From NCBI GenBank assembly GCA_963733035.1, contig CAVTBU010000005.1, positions 2,592,001-2,656,000 of the forward strand: 64,000 bases of DNA, read 5' to 3'. Shown here one piece after another: positions 36,776 to 47,820 of the stretch. Source of the stretch: Pirellulales bacterium (lineage in GTDB: Bacteria > Planctomycetota > Planctomycetia > Pirellulales > PALSA-1355). The notes under the pieces are model-generated. The model ran no database searches. It saw only the letters and a program-made list of their open reading frames with translations, and was not told where the DNA came from. Numbering within the stretch: the stretch's first letter is position 1; the number at the start of each line of letters is the position of its first letter. The translations under genes and the position numbers were made by a program.

Positions 36776-36881
36776 TTCACGGCCGAAATTGCGGTCGACT
36801 GGTCGCCTTGCGTGGTAAAATGCACTAAGCTCGATGTGTTCCTCGCGAGCATCCCGTTGACCCCGGGCGTGTGCACAAAAA

Positions 36882-37460
36882 ATGGATCCGATCATCTGGT
36901 CCGTGCTGCTGTTGCTCTTGGGCTTGGTTCTGGTTTGCGCCGAGATCTTCATTCCCTCGGGCGGCATCCTGGGCTTTCTGTCGATTGCTTCGCTGATGGC
37001 CGGAATTGCCCTGGCTTTCTATCACCGGGGCACCGAGGTCGGGCTGTTGTTCTTGATCGCCACGGCGCTGGCAGTTCCGGGTGCCTTGGCACTTGCATTT
37101 CGCTACTGGCCGCAGACGCCGATGGGACGCCGCCTCTTGCTCGACGTGCCGAGCGGCCAGGAAGTGCTCCCCGACTCGCCGCAGCGACAGCGACTGAAGC
37201 AGCTCGTCGGCAAGTTCGGCGTGGCGAAGAGCCTGATGATGCCGAGCGGCGCCGTGGTTGTCGACGGCAATACGATCGATGCCATGAGCGAAGGCATCCC
37301 GATCGAGGCCGGACAAACGATCGAAGTGATCGAAGTTCACGGCACGCGTGTGCTCGTTCGCCCCGTCGACGAGAAATCTCGGTCGATTGCTTCGGATGAC
37401 GTGCTCTCACGGCCCATCGAATCGCTCGGCCTCGACTCAATGGAAGATCCTTTGTCTTGA
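36882..37460 (+). CDS. Short NfeD protein
   Basis: AEIFIPSGGILG TM region followed by an OB fold (PSG.V.VDG..IDA.SEG). Confidence 0.85.
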   Translation: MDPIIWSVLLLLLGLVLVCAEIFIPSGGILGFLSIASLMAGIALAFYHRGTEVGLLFLIATALAVPGALALAFRYWPQTPMGRRLLLDVPSGQEVLPDSPQRQRLKQLVGKFGVAKSLMMPSGAVVVDGNTIDAMSEGIPIEAGQTIEVIEVHGTRVLVRPVDEKSRSIASDDVLSRPIESLGLDSMEDPLS

Positions 37461-37541
37461 CACTCGGGTCTGCTGATCCAGACAATGGGGGGGCCGGGTG
37501 CCGTTTGCCCGGTTTTCGACCGCGCTAATCAGGAGTCCAAG

Positions 37542-38580
37542 ATGTTCGAGCTACTGGCTCAAGGGGCTAACGCCAGCACGGTGTTTGTGGTGGTCCTGAT
37601 CGGCGCAGGTGTCATTGCGCTGCTCATTTTCTTCGCCGTCTTTGCCCGCTATTTTCGGCTCTGGATCCAATCGGTCACGACCGGCGCGGATCGGCATTTT
37701 CGACTTGCTGGGAATGACGTTTCGCAAGGTGAACCCCACGGTCATCGTGCGCAGCAAGATCATGGCCGTGCAAGCTGGCCTGACCGACGAAACGGGCATC
37801 ACCAGCAAAACGCTGGAAGCCCACTACCTGGCCGGCGGCAACGTGCCGCTGGTGATTCGCTCGATCATCGCCGCCAAGAAAGCCAAAACGATCGATTTGG
37901 ATTTCAAGCTCGCCACGGCAATCGACCTGGCCGGCCGCAACGTGCTGGAAGCCGTGCAGACGAGCGTCTATCCCAAAGTGATCGACTGTCCGGCACGCGG
38001 CGCAGCGCGCGAATCGCTCGACGCGGTCGCCAAGAACGGCATCCAACTCAAAGTCAAAGCCCGCGTCACTGTGCGAGCCAACCTGAATCAGCTGATTGGC
38101 GGGGCGACCGAGGAAACCATTATCGCGCGCGTGGGCGAGGGAATCGTCAGCGCAATCGGCTCTTCCGATTCGCATACCGAGGTCTTGGAAAATCCGGACC
38201 GCATTTCCAAGGCCGTGCTGGGCCGCCGGCTCGATTCGCAGACGGCATTCGAGATCGTTTCGATCGACATCGCCGATATCGACGTCGGCGAGAATATCGG
38301 CGCCCGGCTGCAGGCCGACCAGGCCGAAGCGGATACCCGAGTTGCCCGAGCCCAGGCGGAGAACCGTCGCGCGATGGCCGTGGCCCAAGAGCAGGAAATG
38401 ATTGCCAAGATGGAGGAAAGCCGCGCGAAGGTGGTCGAGGCGGAGGCCGAAGTACCCAAGGCCATCTCCAAGGCCTTCCGCGACGGACACCTGGGCGTCA
38501 TGGACTACTACAAGCTTCGCAACGTGCAGGCCGACACCGACATGCGCAAGAGCATCGCCGGCGCCCCGGTCTCCAAATAG
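37542..38580 (+). CDS. floA: Flotillin-like protein FloA (YqfA); frameshift near 37688
   Basis: [66 protein letters not shown]. Confidence 0.92.
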
Positions 38581-38592
38581 GGGTAACCCAAC

Positions 38593-39309
38593 ATGCACGG
38601 CGTGCCCATCCTGGCGGCATTTGATCTTTGGGAATGGCTGGTTCCGATCGTCGTGATCGCCGTCTACGTGATCAGTCACCTTTGGAACTCGATCCAAGGT
38701 CCACAACCCCAACACAAGCGGCCAAACCAACAGCGCCGGCCGCGCGGACCGCAAGGCGAACGACCACTGCCAGCGGCCCCCGGCCAGCAACGCCCACCCG
38801 AGCCGGTCGTTCAGGGGGAACTCAACGCCGAAATCGAGCAGTTCCTCAAGCGCGCCAACGAGCGTCGCGCCGAAAAACAGCGCCGTGCCGCCGAGCGCCG
38901 GCAACCGCAGACGCCGGCCCGGCCCGAGCGCCGGCACGTTGTCGAAACGCCCATCGACGCTGAACCGAGTGATCGCCACGAGTATGAATCGGTCGCCGCT
39001 TCGGTACAGCAGCACTTCGGTAGTCGCACGTTCGAAGAGCGCGAAGAACACCTGGCCGATGACATTGCCCGCGCCGACCAGGAAATGGAGCAGCATGTAA
39101 GCGACGCGTTTCGACATCGGCTGGGTTCGCTGCAAAGCGACTCGCTTGCCGACGAACAGGCCAGCAAGTCCGACGATCGGAAGACAACCCCGGACGCAAA
39201 CCGTGCCGCCGCGGCGCGTGCCGTGGCCGGACTCTTAGTCAATCAGCAAAGCCTCCGGCAGGCGGTTCTGCTGAAAGAAATCCTGGAGCGGCCCGTCGAT
39301 CGCTGGTAA
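38593..39309 (+). CDS. Hypothetical membrane-anchored protein in the YqfB position
   Basis: N-terminal TM; C-terminal LRQAVLLKEILERP; directly after floA. Confidence 0.7.
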   Translation: MHGVPILAAFDLWEWLVPIVVIAVYVISHLWNSIQGPQPQHKRPNQQRRPRGPQGERPLPAAPGQQRPPEPVVQGELNAEIEQFLKRANERRAEKQRRAAERRQPQTPARPERRHVVETPIDAEPSDRHEYESVAASVQQHFGSRTFEEREEHLADDIARADQEMEQHVSDAFRHRLGSLQSDSLADEQASKSDDRKTTPDANRAAAARAVAGLLVNQQSLRQAVLLKEILERPVDRW

Positions 39310-39378
39310 AATGCCGAGCCCGTGGGCGTCGGACGGCGACGCCAGATTCTTCTGAACTCTCGGCAGAAAGCGATCGAA

Positions 39379-40296
39379 ATGGCAATCAAGAAAATCGTTC
39401 CCGGTGAAACGCGCATCGGTTGGATCGGCACCGGAGTGATGGGTGCCAGCATGTGTGGCCACCTGCTCGATGCCGGCTTCTCGGCCACGATTTTCAATCG
39501 CACCAAAAAGAAGGCCCAATCCCTGCTCGACAAAGGCGCCCAGTGGGCCGATACGCCCCGTGCCGTGGCCGCCGCTTCGGACGTCGTGTTCAGCATTGTT
39601 GGTTTTCCGGCCGACGTACGGAGTGTGCTGCTGGGTAACGACGGTGCGCTTGAGGGGAGCAAGGCCGGAGATATCCTGGTCGACATGACAACCAGCGAAC
39701 CGTCACTGGCCGTCGAAATCGCCCAACAGGCCAAGCAGAAACAAGTCCACAGCGTCGACGCACCCGTGTCGGGCGGCGATGTGGGGGCTCGCGAGGCGCG
39801 GCTTTCGATCATGATCGGCGGTGAGAAGGAAGTCGTCGACGCCCTGGAACCGTGTTGGCAGGCGATGGGCAAGACGATTGTCCACCAGGGGCCCGCTGGC
39901 GCCGGGCAACATACCAAAATGGTCAATCAAACGCTGGTGGCCGCCGGCATGGTGGGCGTCTGCGAAGCCCTGCTGTATGGCTATAAGGCGGGGCTCGACT
40001 TGAATGTGGTGCTCGAATCCGTCGCTTCCGGGGCCGCCGGAAGTTGGTCGCTCTCGAATCTGGGACCGCGCATCATCAAAGGAAACTTCGAACCCGGCTT
40101 CATGGTCGAACACTTCATCAAAGACATGGGCATCATCCTCTCGGAAGCCAAGCGGATGAAGATTTCGATGCCGGGGCTCGCCCTGGCGCACCAACTCTAC
40201 GTGGCTCTCTCGGCGCAAGGACACGGCCACGACGGCACGCACGCGCTGGAATTGGCGCTGGCGAGCATGTCCGGAATCGACTGGCAGAACCGCTAG
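39379..40296 (+). CDS. 3-hydroxyisobutyrate dehydrogenase-family NAD(P) oxidoreductase
   Basis: [36 protein letters not shown]. Confidence 0.92.
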   Translation: MAIKKIVPGETRIGWIGTGVMGASMCGHLLDAGFSATIFNRTKKKAQSLLDKGAQWADTPRAVAAASDVVFSIVGFPADVRSVLLGNDGALEGSKAGDILVDMTTSEPSLAVEIAQQAKQKQVHSVDAPVSGGDVGAREARLSIMIGGEKEVVDALEPCWQAMGKTIVHQGPAGAGQHTKMVNQTLVAAGMVGVCEALLYGYKAGLDLNVVLESVASGAAGSWSLSNLGPRIIKGNFEPGFMVEHFIKDMGIILSEAKRMKISMPGLALAHQLYVALSAQGHGHDGTHALELALASMSGIDWQNR

Positions 40297-40464
40297 GATC
40301 GGCAAACTCGGCCCCGCGTTTCACGCAAAAAACGCCGCCGGCTGTCGCCACGGGGGCCGGCTCACGTACGGCGCAGTAGAGTTTCGATGCTCGCCGGCGC
40401 GTGCGTTTCCTTCCTCAGCGTCCGCTCTCGACCCACCGCGGACAAACCATCAGGGACGATTGCC

Positions 40465-40893
40465 ATGTTTGCCCAACCTCTGGAGTTGGAGTCGGCCAAA
40501 CAGACTTTGGCGCGACACAACATTCTGATTGTCGACGACGATGAGACGATTTCCGAGCCGTTGCGATTGCGACTCGAACGGCAAGGTTTTGGCGCCCAGG
40601 TTGCCAGTTCGGGCCGCGAGGCCTTTCAACTGGCCCGCCGCGGCCGCCCCGATCTGATCACGCTCGATTTGGGTCTGCCGGACGTCGATGGCTTTGAACT
40701 TTGCCAACAGCTGGTCGACGATGAGGATACCTGTGAGATCCCAGTGATCGTCGTCAGTGGCATGGACCGACCGGACATCATTCGACGTTCGCGGGCGGCC
40801 GGCTGCCATTTCTACGTTCGCAAACCGTACGATCCCAATGCCCTGCTGACGTTGATCCGCCGGGCAATCGACGAGAGCCGCGGCGACGAATAA
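40465..40893 (+). CDS. Single-domain response regulator
   Basis: ILIVDDD, PDLITLDLGLP..DG, VVSG, KP. Confidence 0.9.
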   Translation: MFAQPLELESAKQTLARHNILIVDDDETISEPLRLRLERQGFGAQVASSGREAFQLARRGRPDLITLDLGLPDVDGFELCQQLVDDEDTCEIPVIVVSGMDRPDIIRRSRAAGCHFYVRKPYDPNALLTLIRRAIDESRGDE

Positions 40894-40945
40894 CAGCCCA
40901 GCGAGTGCGTTGCCGAAGGACCTCGCAGCATTTTGCGATGGACGG

Positions 40946-41728
40946 CTACAAGCTCTGCAGGTACTTCACCGCCTCGGCGATTTCGAACTGGGGATCATCG
41001 GAATTCTCGCGGGCAATCGTGATGAATCCGCGATAGCGATGATCCTCGAGCGCACCGAGCAGGGCCGCGTAGTCGGCCGAACCGCGTCCCAGCGGCACTT
41101 CCAATCCGCGACCGCGAGCCAGATCGCGTACGGCGTCACGCGCGTGCACGTGTATTACATGCGAAGCAAGAGATTCGATGGCTTCCTGCGGCGAGAACCC
41201 CTGGATGATCAGATTGCCAGGGTCAAAGTCGACGCCGATGCCGCGCTCCGGCAGGGCCGCGATCAAGCGGGCCAGATCAGCACCGCTTTCGGTGCCCGTT
41301 TGCGCGGCCAATAGCGCGCCAACGTGTTGACCATAGTTGCTCAGATCCGACAACGTCTGCACCAGCAGATTCCAAGTGCGACCGCTCGATTCGCTCGGAA
41401 CCGGTCCCACCTGATTGACAACCACCGAAGCACCCAGGTCGGCCGCGAACTTCATGGCCGCTTTGGTGGCGGCCACACGACGCTCAATCTCGTCGGGCAC
41501 GTCGTAGCCCCGACGGGTCTGAAACGAAACGGCCGACACCTGCAGTCCCTGATCGTCGAGCATGCGCCGCAGTTCGCGCAGCCCGGTCTGCGTGAGCTCC
41601 TGCGGTCGCAGTTCACCGCGGGCGTCGATTTCCACGCCCTGGGCCCCCATCCGCGCGGCCGCAACCAGCCCTTTCCGCATGGGCATCCGCAGACTCGCAA
41701 GCCGAATGGCGATTTTCAATGCAGGCAC
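40946..41728 (-). CDS. Sugar phosphate isomerase/epimerase (AP endonuclease-2 TIM barrel)
   Basis: GVEID, DFDPGNL, HVHARDA, VPLGRG. Confidence 0.8.
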   Translation of the reverse strand: MPALKIAIRLASLRMPMRKGLVAAARMGAQGVEIDARGELRPQELTQTGLRELRRMLDDQGLQVSAVSFQTRRGYDVPDEIERRVAATKAAMKFAADLGASVVVNQVGPVPSESSGRTWNLLVQTLSDLSNYGQHVGALLAAQTGTESGADLARLIAALPERGIGVDFDPGNLIIQGFSPQEAIESLASHVIHVHARDAVRDLARGRGLEVPLGRGSADYAALLGALEDHRYRGFITIARENSDDPQFEIAEAVKYLQSL

Positions 41729-41979
41729 GGTGTTCGATTCTCCCGAGAACGCTTGGTTTGTGACCTGACAATTCGCGGACTTTACCGATTGTAGCGACCG
41801 CGAGCCGCCCGCACATGGGGCGGCCAGTTGTGGTCGTGCAATCCACCGGCGCGCGGTTCAAATTGCAATTACATTTGCTTTGTCGTGGGCGCTCGAAACA
41901 CGTAGAGTATGAGCAGCGGGCAAAGCATCCGGCACGCAATCCGTCCCGAATTTGACTCCCCTCGTCGGCGAACGCTCTC

Positions 41980-42767
41980 ATGCACAACGTTGCAGATATC
42001 GTCGAATTCCTCAACGTGTTCGCGCCCCTGCGCTGGCGGAGTCGTGGGACAACGTCGGCCTGCTCGTCGGCCGAAGTGAACAGCCGGTCCATCGGCTGAT
42101 GACCTGCCTGACCATTACACCCGATAGCGCCGCCGAAGCGATCGCCGAGCGGGCAGACTTGATCGTCACGCATCATCCGCTGCCGTTTCGCCCGCTTAAG
42201 CGCCTGACCGCTGAGACGAGCGAAGGCCGCTTATTGCTCGATTTGATCGCTGCGGGCATTGCGATCTTTAGTCCGCACACGGCGTTCGACTCGGCCCAAG
42301 CGGGGATCAACCAACGACTGGCAACCGGACTGAAACTCGCGAACATCGCCCCGCTGATTCCCGCGGCCGAGCCGGAGCAGGGTGGAGCCGGGCGCTACGG
42401 CATGCTGGCAGAACCCCTCGAGTTGCGCGAGCTCGCAATGCGCGTCAAGCAACTCCTGGAGATTGGAAATGTCCAGGCCGTTGGCCCACTCGATGCCGAG
42501 GTGCGCCGCGTGGCCGTGGCGTGCGGAAGTGCGGGCGAGTTTTTAGGACCCGCCCAGGCGGCTGGATGCGATTGTCTTGTGACGGGTGAAGTCCGCTTCC
42601 ACACCTGCCTGGAGGCCGAATCGCTAGGCGTTGGCCTCGTTTTGGCCGGTCATTTTGCCAGCGAGCGGTTCGCCGTCGAGGAGTTGGCAGACGTGCTGTC
42701 CGAGCGCTTCGTGGCCCTGACCATCTGGGCCAGTGAACACGAAAAGGACCCCCTGCATTGGCTTTAG
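41980..42767 (+). CDS. Nif3-like dinuclear metal-centre protein; frameshift near 42026
   Basis: AESWDNVGL, THHP, HTAFD, CGSA, TGE, GHFASE; N-terminus MHNVADIVEFL lies in another frame. Confidence 0.88.
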
Positions 42768-42920
42768 GCGTGACAATATCCGTCGACTTCACACGGCTTC
42801 CTCCGTTTGCCAGGTCTGGTAGGGCCGGAGCAGCCAGTCGCCTTTGGCGGACAATGGTCTACAATGATTCGTTCCGACCGACCGAATTCCGCATTCCCTG
42901 ACTCCCCGCGGAGGACCCGC

Positions 42921-43668
42921 ATGGCAACTCGTTTTCTTACGGCGCTGCCCGTTTACAACGAAGCGGCGCACGCCGGCGGCGTGCTCGACCAGGTGCTTCG
43001 CTACAGCCCCGAAGTCCTGGTCGTCGACGACGGTTCGACCGACGGCACGTCCGAGCTGCTGGCCGCGCGAAGCGACATTCGTTATGTTCGCCACGGCAAG
43101 AACCAGGGCTATGGTGCCGCCCTCCGTACCGCTTTCGAGTATTCTCTGAACGAAGGCTACGACGTGCTGGTCACGATCGATTGCGACGGCCAGCATGAGC
43201 CGCAGCGCATTCCGGAGTTTGTCGCCGCAAGCGAGCGGGCGCAAATCGTGTCGGGCAGCCGCTACCTGGAAGTCTTCGACGATCAAAGCATGCCCCCCGA
43301 GGATCGACGACGGATCAACATGCAGATCACCGCGGAACTGAATCAGCGGTTGGGGCTCAACCTGACCGACGCATTCTGCGGTTTCAAAGCCTACCGCTGC
43401 CGGGCGGCTCGCCGCGCTCGACATTGCCGAAACCGGCTACGCGATGCCGCTCGAAGTGTGGGTGCAGGCGTCTCGGGCCAAATTATCGATCGTGGAGCTG
43501 CCGGTGCCGCTCATTTATTTGGACGAAGAACGTTCGTTTGGCGGCTCGCTTGACGACGCGGCAACGCGATTGGATTACTACCACAAGATTTTGGATCGAG
43601 CGCTCGGGCGAACCGATGTCCGGCCGCCCCATGTGCGCAAGAGTTTGTGTCGAGGGATCTCTGGATGA
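42921..43668 (+). CDS. GT2 glycosyltransferase (DPM1-like); frameshift near 43405
   Basis: LPVYNE, VDDGSTD, NQGYG, DCDGQH, GSRY, TDAFCGFKAY. Confidence 0.88.
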
Positions 43669-45278
43669 AGTTAATGGGCGAAGCTTGTGAGCAAAAGCGA
43701 TTGCGTGCACCGGCCCGTAGCGGCGAAACGTTGCTTGAGCCGCCGCTCGTCGAAATTGGCGAATTGATCGAGCGCAATGCCGCCGCGGCCGCCAACTACG
43801 ATTACGACATCGGTGGCCGGCCGCTTTCGCACCTGGCCGTCGACGCGCGTCGTGAATTGATGGAAGCGGCCTGGGATTACACCCGCGCCTACCGCGACGT
43901 GCCGCTGCCGCCGATGGCGCCGGAAACACCCGTGCTACTCGCCGGCCATCAACCGCAGCTGTTTCACCCCGGGGTGTGGTTTAAGAACTTCGTGCTCGGT
44001 CACCTGGCCCATCGTCACGGCGGGGTGGCGATCAACCTGGCGATCGACAGCGACACGATCAAAACCGCGTCCCTACGAGTGCCGACCGGGTCGGTGTCAG
44101 ATCCGCGCGTGGAAATCGTACCGTTCGATCGGCAGTCGACCGAGATTCCCTACGAAGAGCGAGAGATCGTCGATCGCTCGTGCCTGGAGTCGTTCGGCCG
44201 GCGGACCGCGGAGTTGCTCGCACCGCTGGTGCCCAATCCCCTGATTCGCGACTTTTGGCCGCTGGTCGTCGAGCGGTCCAAGGCAGGCAACAATCTCGGC
44301 GAGTGTCTCGCGCAGGCTCGGCATCAGCAAGAGGGACTTTGGGGCACAACCACGCTCGAGATTCCTCAAAGCCGGGTCTGCGGACTTCCGTCATTCTTTT
44401 GGTTTACCAGCCATCTGCTCGCGCATTTGCCGCGGCTATGGGAACAATACAATCGGTCGGTGGCCGACTATCGCTCCGAAAATCACGTCCGTAGCGCGGC
44501 CCACCCGGTTCCAGACCTGGCCATCGACGACGGCTGGCTCGAAGCGCCGTTCTGGATTTGGGATCGCGACAATCCGCGCCGCCGCAGGTTGTTTGTGCGG
44601 CAACGCGGAGATGAAATCGTGCTTTCCGATCGAGCCGGAATCGAGCATGCGCTGGCCTTGCAGCCCGAGGGTGATGTCGATCGTGCGGCAGGGCAGCTGG
44701 TCGAGCTGGCCGCTGGCGGATTGCGGCTACGGACGCGGGCCCTGATTACGACGCTGTTTGCCCGCTTGTGCTTGGGCGACCTGTTCATGCACGGGATTGG
44801 CGGAGCGAAGTACGATCAGGTAACCGACCTGTTGATCAGCCGATTCTTCGGCATCAAACCCCCCTGTTACATGACGCTCACCGCCACGTTGCGGCTGCCG
44901 ATTGCGCGGCCGGCAGTATCGCAGGAAGACGCCCGACGACTCGATCAGCAGCTGCGCGAGTTGACATACCAGCCGGAACGCTTCGTCAAAGGAAACGCCG
45001 ATCCGCAAGCCGCTTCGCTCATTCGCAACAAGCGGCAGTGGGTTGAGACCGCGCCTACGGAGAGCAATGCCAAACTTCGCGGCGACCACATCCGAACCGC
45101 GAATGCCGGACTGCAACCGATCGTCGCACCGATTCGGCAGTCCCTGCTGGCACAACGTGAGCTACTGGCCGACACGCTTCGCGCGCAATCGATTCTGGCA
45201 TCGCGCGAATATGCATTTTGCCTGTATCCGGCCGAGGCCTTGCAAGCGTTGATGAAATCCGGCACCGATGGCGAATAG
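43665..45278 (+). CDS. Conserved hypothetical protein, possible remote BshC-like ligase
   Basis: ATGA-coupled to GT2; AGHQPQLF..G..FK, IDSD, HGIGGAKYD; about 540 aa. Confidence 0.6.
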   Translation: MKLMGEACEQKRLRAPARSGETLLEPPLVEIGELIERNAAAAANYDYDIGGRPLSHLAVDARRELMEAAWDYTRAYRDVPLPPMAPETPVLLAGHQPQLFHPGVWFKNFVLGHLAHRHGGVAINLAIDSDTIKTASLRVPTGSVSDPRVEIVPFDRQSTEIPYEEREIVDRSCLESFGRRTAELLAPLVPNPLIRDFWPLVVERSKAGNNLGECLAQARHQQEGLWGTTTLEIPQSRVCGLPSFFWFTSHLLAHLPRLWEQYNRSVADYRSENHVRSAAHPVPDLAIDDGWLEAPFWIWDRDNPRRRRLFVRQRGDEIVLSDRAGIEHALALQPEGDVDRAAGQLVELAAGGLRLRTRALITTLFARLCLGDLFMHGIGGAKYDQVTDLLISRFFGIKPPCYMTLTATLRLPIARPAVSQEDARRLDQQLRELTYQPERFVKGNADPQAASLIRNKRQWVETAPTESNAKLRGDHIRTANAGLQPIVAPIRQSLLAQRELLADTLRAQSILASREYAFCLYPAEALQALMKSGTDGE

Positions 45279-45350
45279 CGGCGACACATTCGGCGTCAGG
45301 ATAGCCTTTGACGGGCGCCATGCAACTGGCCACTCAGGAGGAACTTTGTC

Positions 45351-46566
45351 ATGGCCCGTTCTCGCATCGGCATCTGGTTGATCGGGGCCAAGGGAGGCGT
45401 GGCCACCACCGCCATCGTCGGATTGAACGCCTTGCGCAAAGGGTCTGATGGAATCGGCCGGGCTGGTGAGCGCGCTGCCGCGGTTCGCCGGCGTCGAACT
45501 GGCCGACTGGAAGGACTTCGTCCTTGGCGGCCACGATATTCGCGAGGGCTCGCTCTACGAACATGCCGCACGGATGCACTCCGAACACAAGGCAATCGAT
45601 GCTAATGTAATCGCACGCTGCAAATCCGATCTCGAAAAGGTCGAAAAGAATCTACGGCCGGGCGTGCTGGTGAACGTCGGCGAAACGATCGAAGCGTTCG
45701 CCGATCCGAAGTTGCGGGCCGTGCGCGACACGCCGCGCTCGGCAATCGAACGGATCCAGCAGGACCTGAAGGATTTTCAGACCGCGCACAAGCTGGCGCA
45801 CACGGTCGTGGTGAACGTCGCTTCAACCGAGGCGACCACCGCCGGAGACGATCTGCCCGAGCGGTGGAAGGACCTGGACAAGCTGCTCGACAAGCCGCGC
45901 CGCTGTGAATTGCCGGCCAGTTCGCTGTATGCGATCGCCGCGGTGGACCTGGGCTGCTCGTACGTGAACTTCACGCCCTCGGTCGGTGGCACGCCACTCG
46001 CCATTCGGGAATTGGTGGCCGACCGCGGCACGCGGCAGTCGGGCTTCGACGGCAAGACGGGGGAAACCTTGCTCAAAAGCACGCTCGCGCCGATGTTCGC
46101 CGCCCGCAACTTGGAGGTGATGAGCTGGGTAGGGCACAACATCTTCGGCAACCTCGACGGAAAAGTCCTGGCGCAAAGCCCGGCCAAGAAGTCGAAGGCG
46201 GCGGCCAAGGATCGGCTGCTGCGGCCCATTCTCGGCTACATGCCGCAGACGCTGGTGTCGCTCGAATACATTCAAAGCCTGGGCGATTGGAAAACCGCCT
46301 GGGATCACGTCCATTTCAAAGGCTTCTTCGGCACGCCGATGACCCTGCAATTCACCTGGCAAGGCTGCGACTCGCTGTTGGCGGCCCCACTGGTGCTCGA
46401 CCTGGTGCGCTTCACCGAGCGGGCCTGGCGGGCCGGCGAAGTTGGCACGCTCACGTTTCTCAGCAGCTTCTTCAAAACCCCGCTCGACTGCGAAGAAAAC
46501 GACTTTGGCCGTCAATTCCAGTTACTCGAACACTGGGCCGATGGTGTCTCGCAGCCTACACTGTGA
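45351..46566 (+). CDS. myo-inositol-1-phosphate synthase family; frameshift near 45440
   Basis: IGAKGGVATT, VNVASTE, YVNFTP, DGKTGET, NIFGNLDG, LGDWKTAWD, GCDSLLAAPL. Confidence 0.92.
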
Positions 46567-46611
46567 ACCATTCCCAGCGTTCGATTCGACCCGTCAGCAT
46601 TCAATCTCCTG

Positions 46612-47808
46612 ATGACCACGACTGAACATCCAAACGACGACGCAGAGCAGTCTCCCGTCGGCACGGCGACGGAGACCGAACCGGTTGAAATGACGCCCGA
46701 GCAACTTGCCGAGGCCAAGCAGTATGGCAAACGATCTCTGCTTTGCGATCTGATCGACAAGGTGCTCGATGTCGCATTTCTGACGGTCATGGCGCTGGCC
46801 GTGGCCGTGCCGCTCGATGCGTGGCTTGGCGAAACGATGCCGTCATACACATTGCGATTGGCGGCAATCTTCGCCATTACGACGCTCGTGCACATGGCGG
46901 TTTCGTTTCCACTTTCGCTCTACTCCGGCTACACACTGGAACATCACTACAGCTTGAGCCAGCAAACGTTTGGACGCTGGCTATGGCGATACTTCAAACG
47001 CAACGGCCTGGCGATGGTTTTTGGCTTGCTGCTCGTCGTGGCGCTGTATTGGATCATCTGGCTCGTCGGCGATTGGTGGTGGCTGGCGGCGGCCGGCGCG
47101 TTCTTTGTCGTCACCGTGCTGATGGGACAATTGGCCCCAGTGCTGATCGTGCCGTTGTTCTACAAGGTCGAACGGCTCGATAGCCCGGAGCTCAACGATC
47201 GCATGGAACGGCTGGCCGCTGGCACGGGGCTTTCAATCCAGGGCGTCTATCGACTGGGACTGAGCGAAGAGACAACCAAGGCCAACGCCATGCTCGCCGG
47301 CCTGGGACGCACGCGGCGGGTGCTGATGGGTGATACGCTGCTCGATCGGTTCACGCCCGACGAGATCGAGGTGATCTTCGCCCACGAGATCGGCCATCAT
47401 GTGTTTCGTCACATTCGCAAAATGATCCTTACCGGGCTGGTCTACAGCCTGTTGGGCTTTTGGGTCTGCAATCAGGTGCTCTTGGCGTGGGCTCAGAGCC
47501 AATACGGCCCCATCTCGCCGCACGATTTGCCGTCAAGCACATTGCCGCTGCTGATGCTGGTGCTGACCGTGTTCTCCCTGCTGCTCGAACCGCTGCAAAA
47601 CGTCATCAGCCGCCGCTACGAGCGCCAGTGCGACCGCTATGCGCTTGAGCGAACTGGCCTGCGCGAAGCCTACCAATCCGCCTTCCGCAAGCTGGCCCGC
47701 TTGAACAAGGACGATCCCGATCCGCACCCGCTGGAAGTGTTCCTCTTCCACAGCCACCCGCCCATCAGCCAGCGGTTGGCGATCGCCGACAAGACTCACG
47801 CCTCGTGA
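46612..47808 (+). CDS. M48 (Ste24-like) membrane metallopeptidase
   Basis: ANA..AG, DTLL, AHEIGH, ISRRYE..CD, SHPP...R. Confidence 0.92.
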   Translation: MTTTEHPNDDAEQSPVGTATETEPVEMTPEQLAEAKQYGKRSLLCDLIDKVLDVAFLTVMALAVAVPLDAWLGETMPSYTLRLAAIFAITTLVHMAVSFPLSLYSGYTLEHHYSLSQQTFGRWLWRYFKRNGLAMVFGLLLVVALYWIIWLVGDWWWLAAAGAFFVVTVLMGQLAPVLIVPLFYKVERLDSPELNDRMERLAAGTGLSIQGVYRLGLSEETTKANAMLAGLGRTRRVLMGDTLLDRFTPDEIEVIFAHEIGHHVFRHIRKMILTGLVYSLLGFWVCNQVLLAWAQSQYGPISPHDLPSSTLPLLMLVLTVFSLLLEPLQNVISRRYERQCDRYALERTGLREAYQSAFRKLARLNKDDPDPHPLEVFLFHSHPPISQRLAIADKTHAS

Positions 47809-47814
47809 GTCTTG
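47790..47814. terminator. Perfect hairpin between convergent genes
   Basis: caagactcacg-cct-cgtgagtcttg (11-bp stem); no U tract. Confidence 0.5.
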
Positions 47815-47820
47815 CAATAC

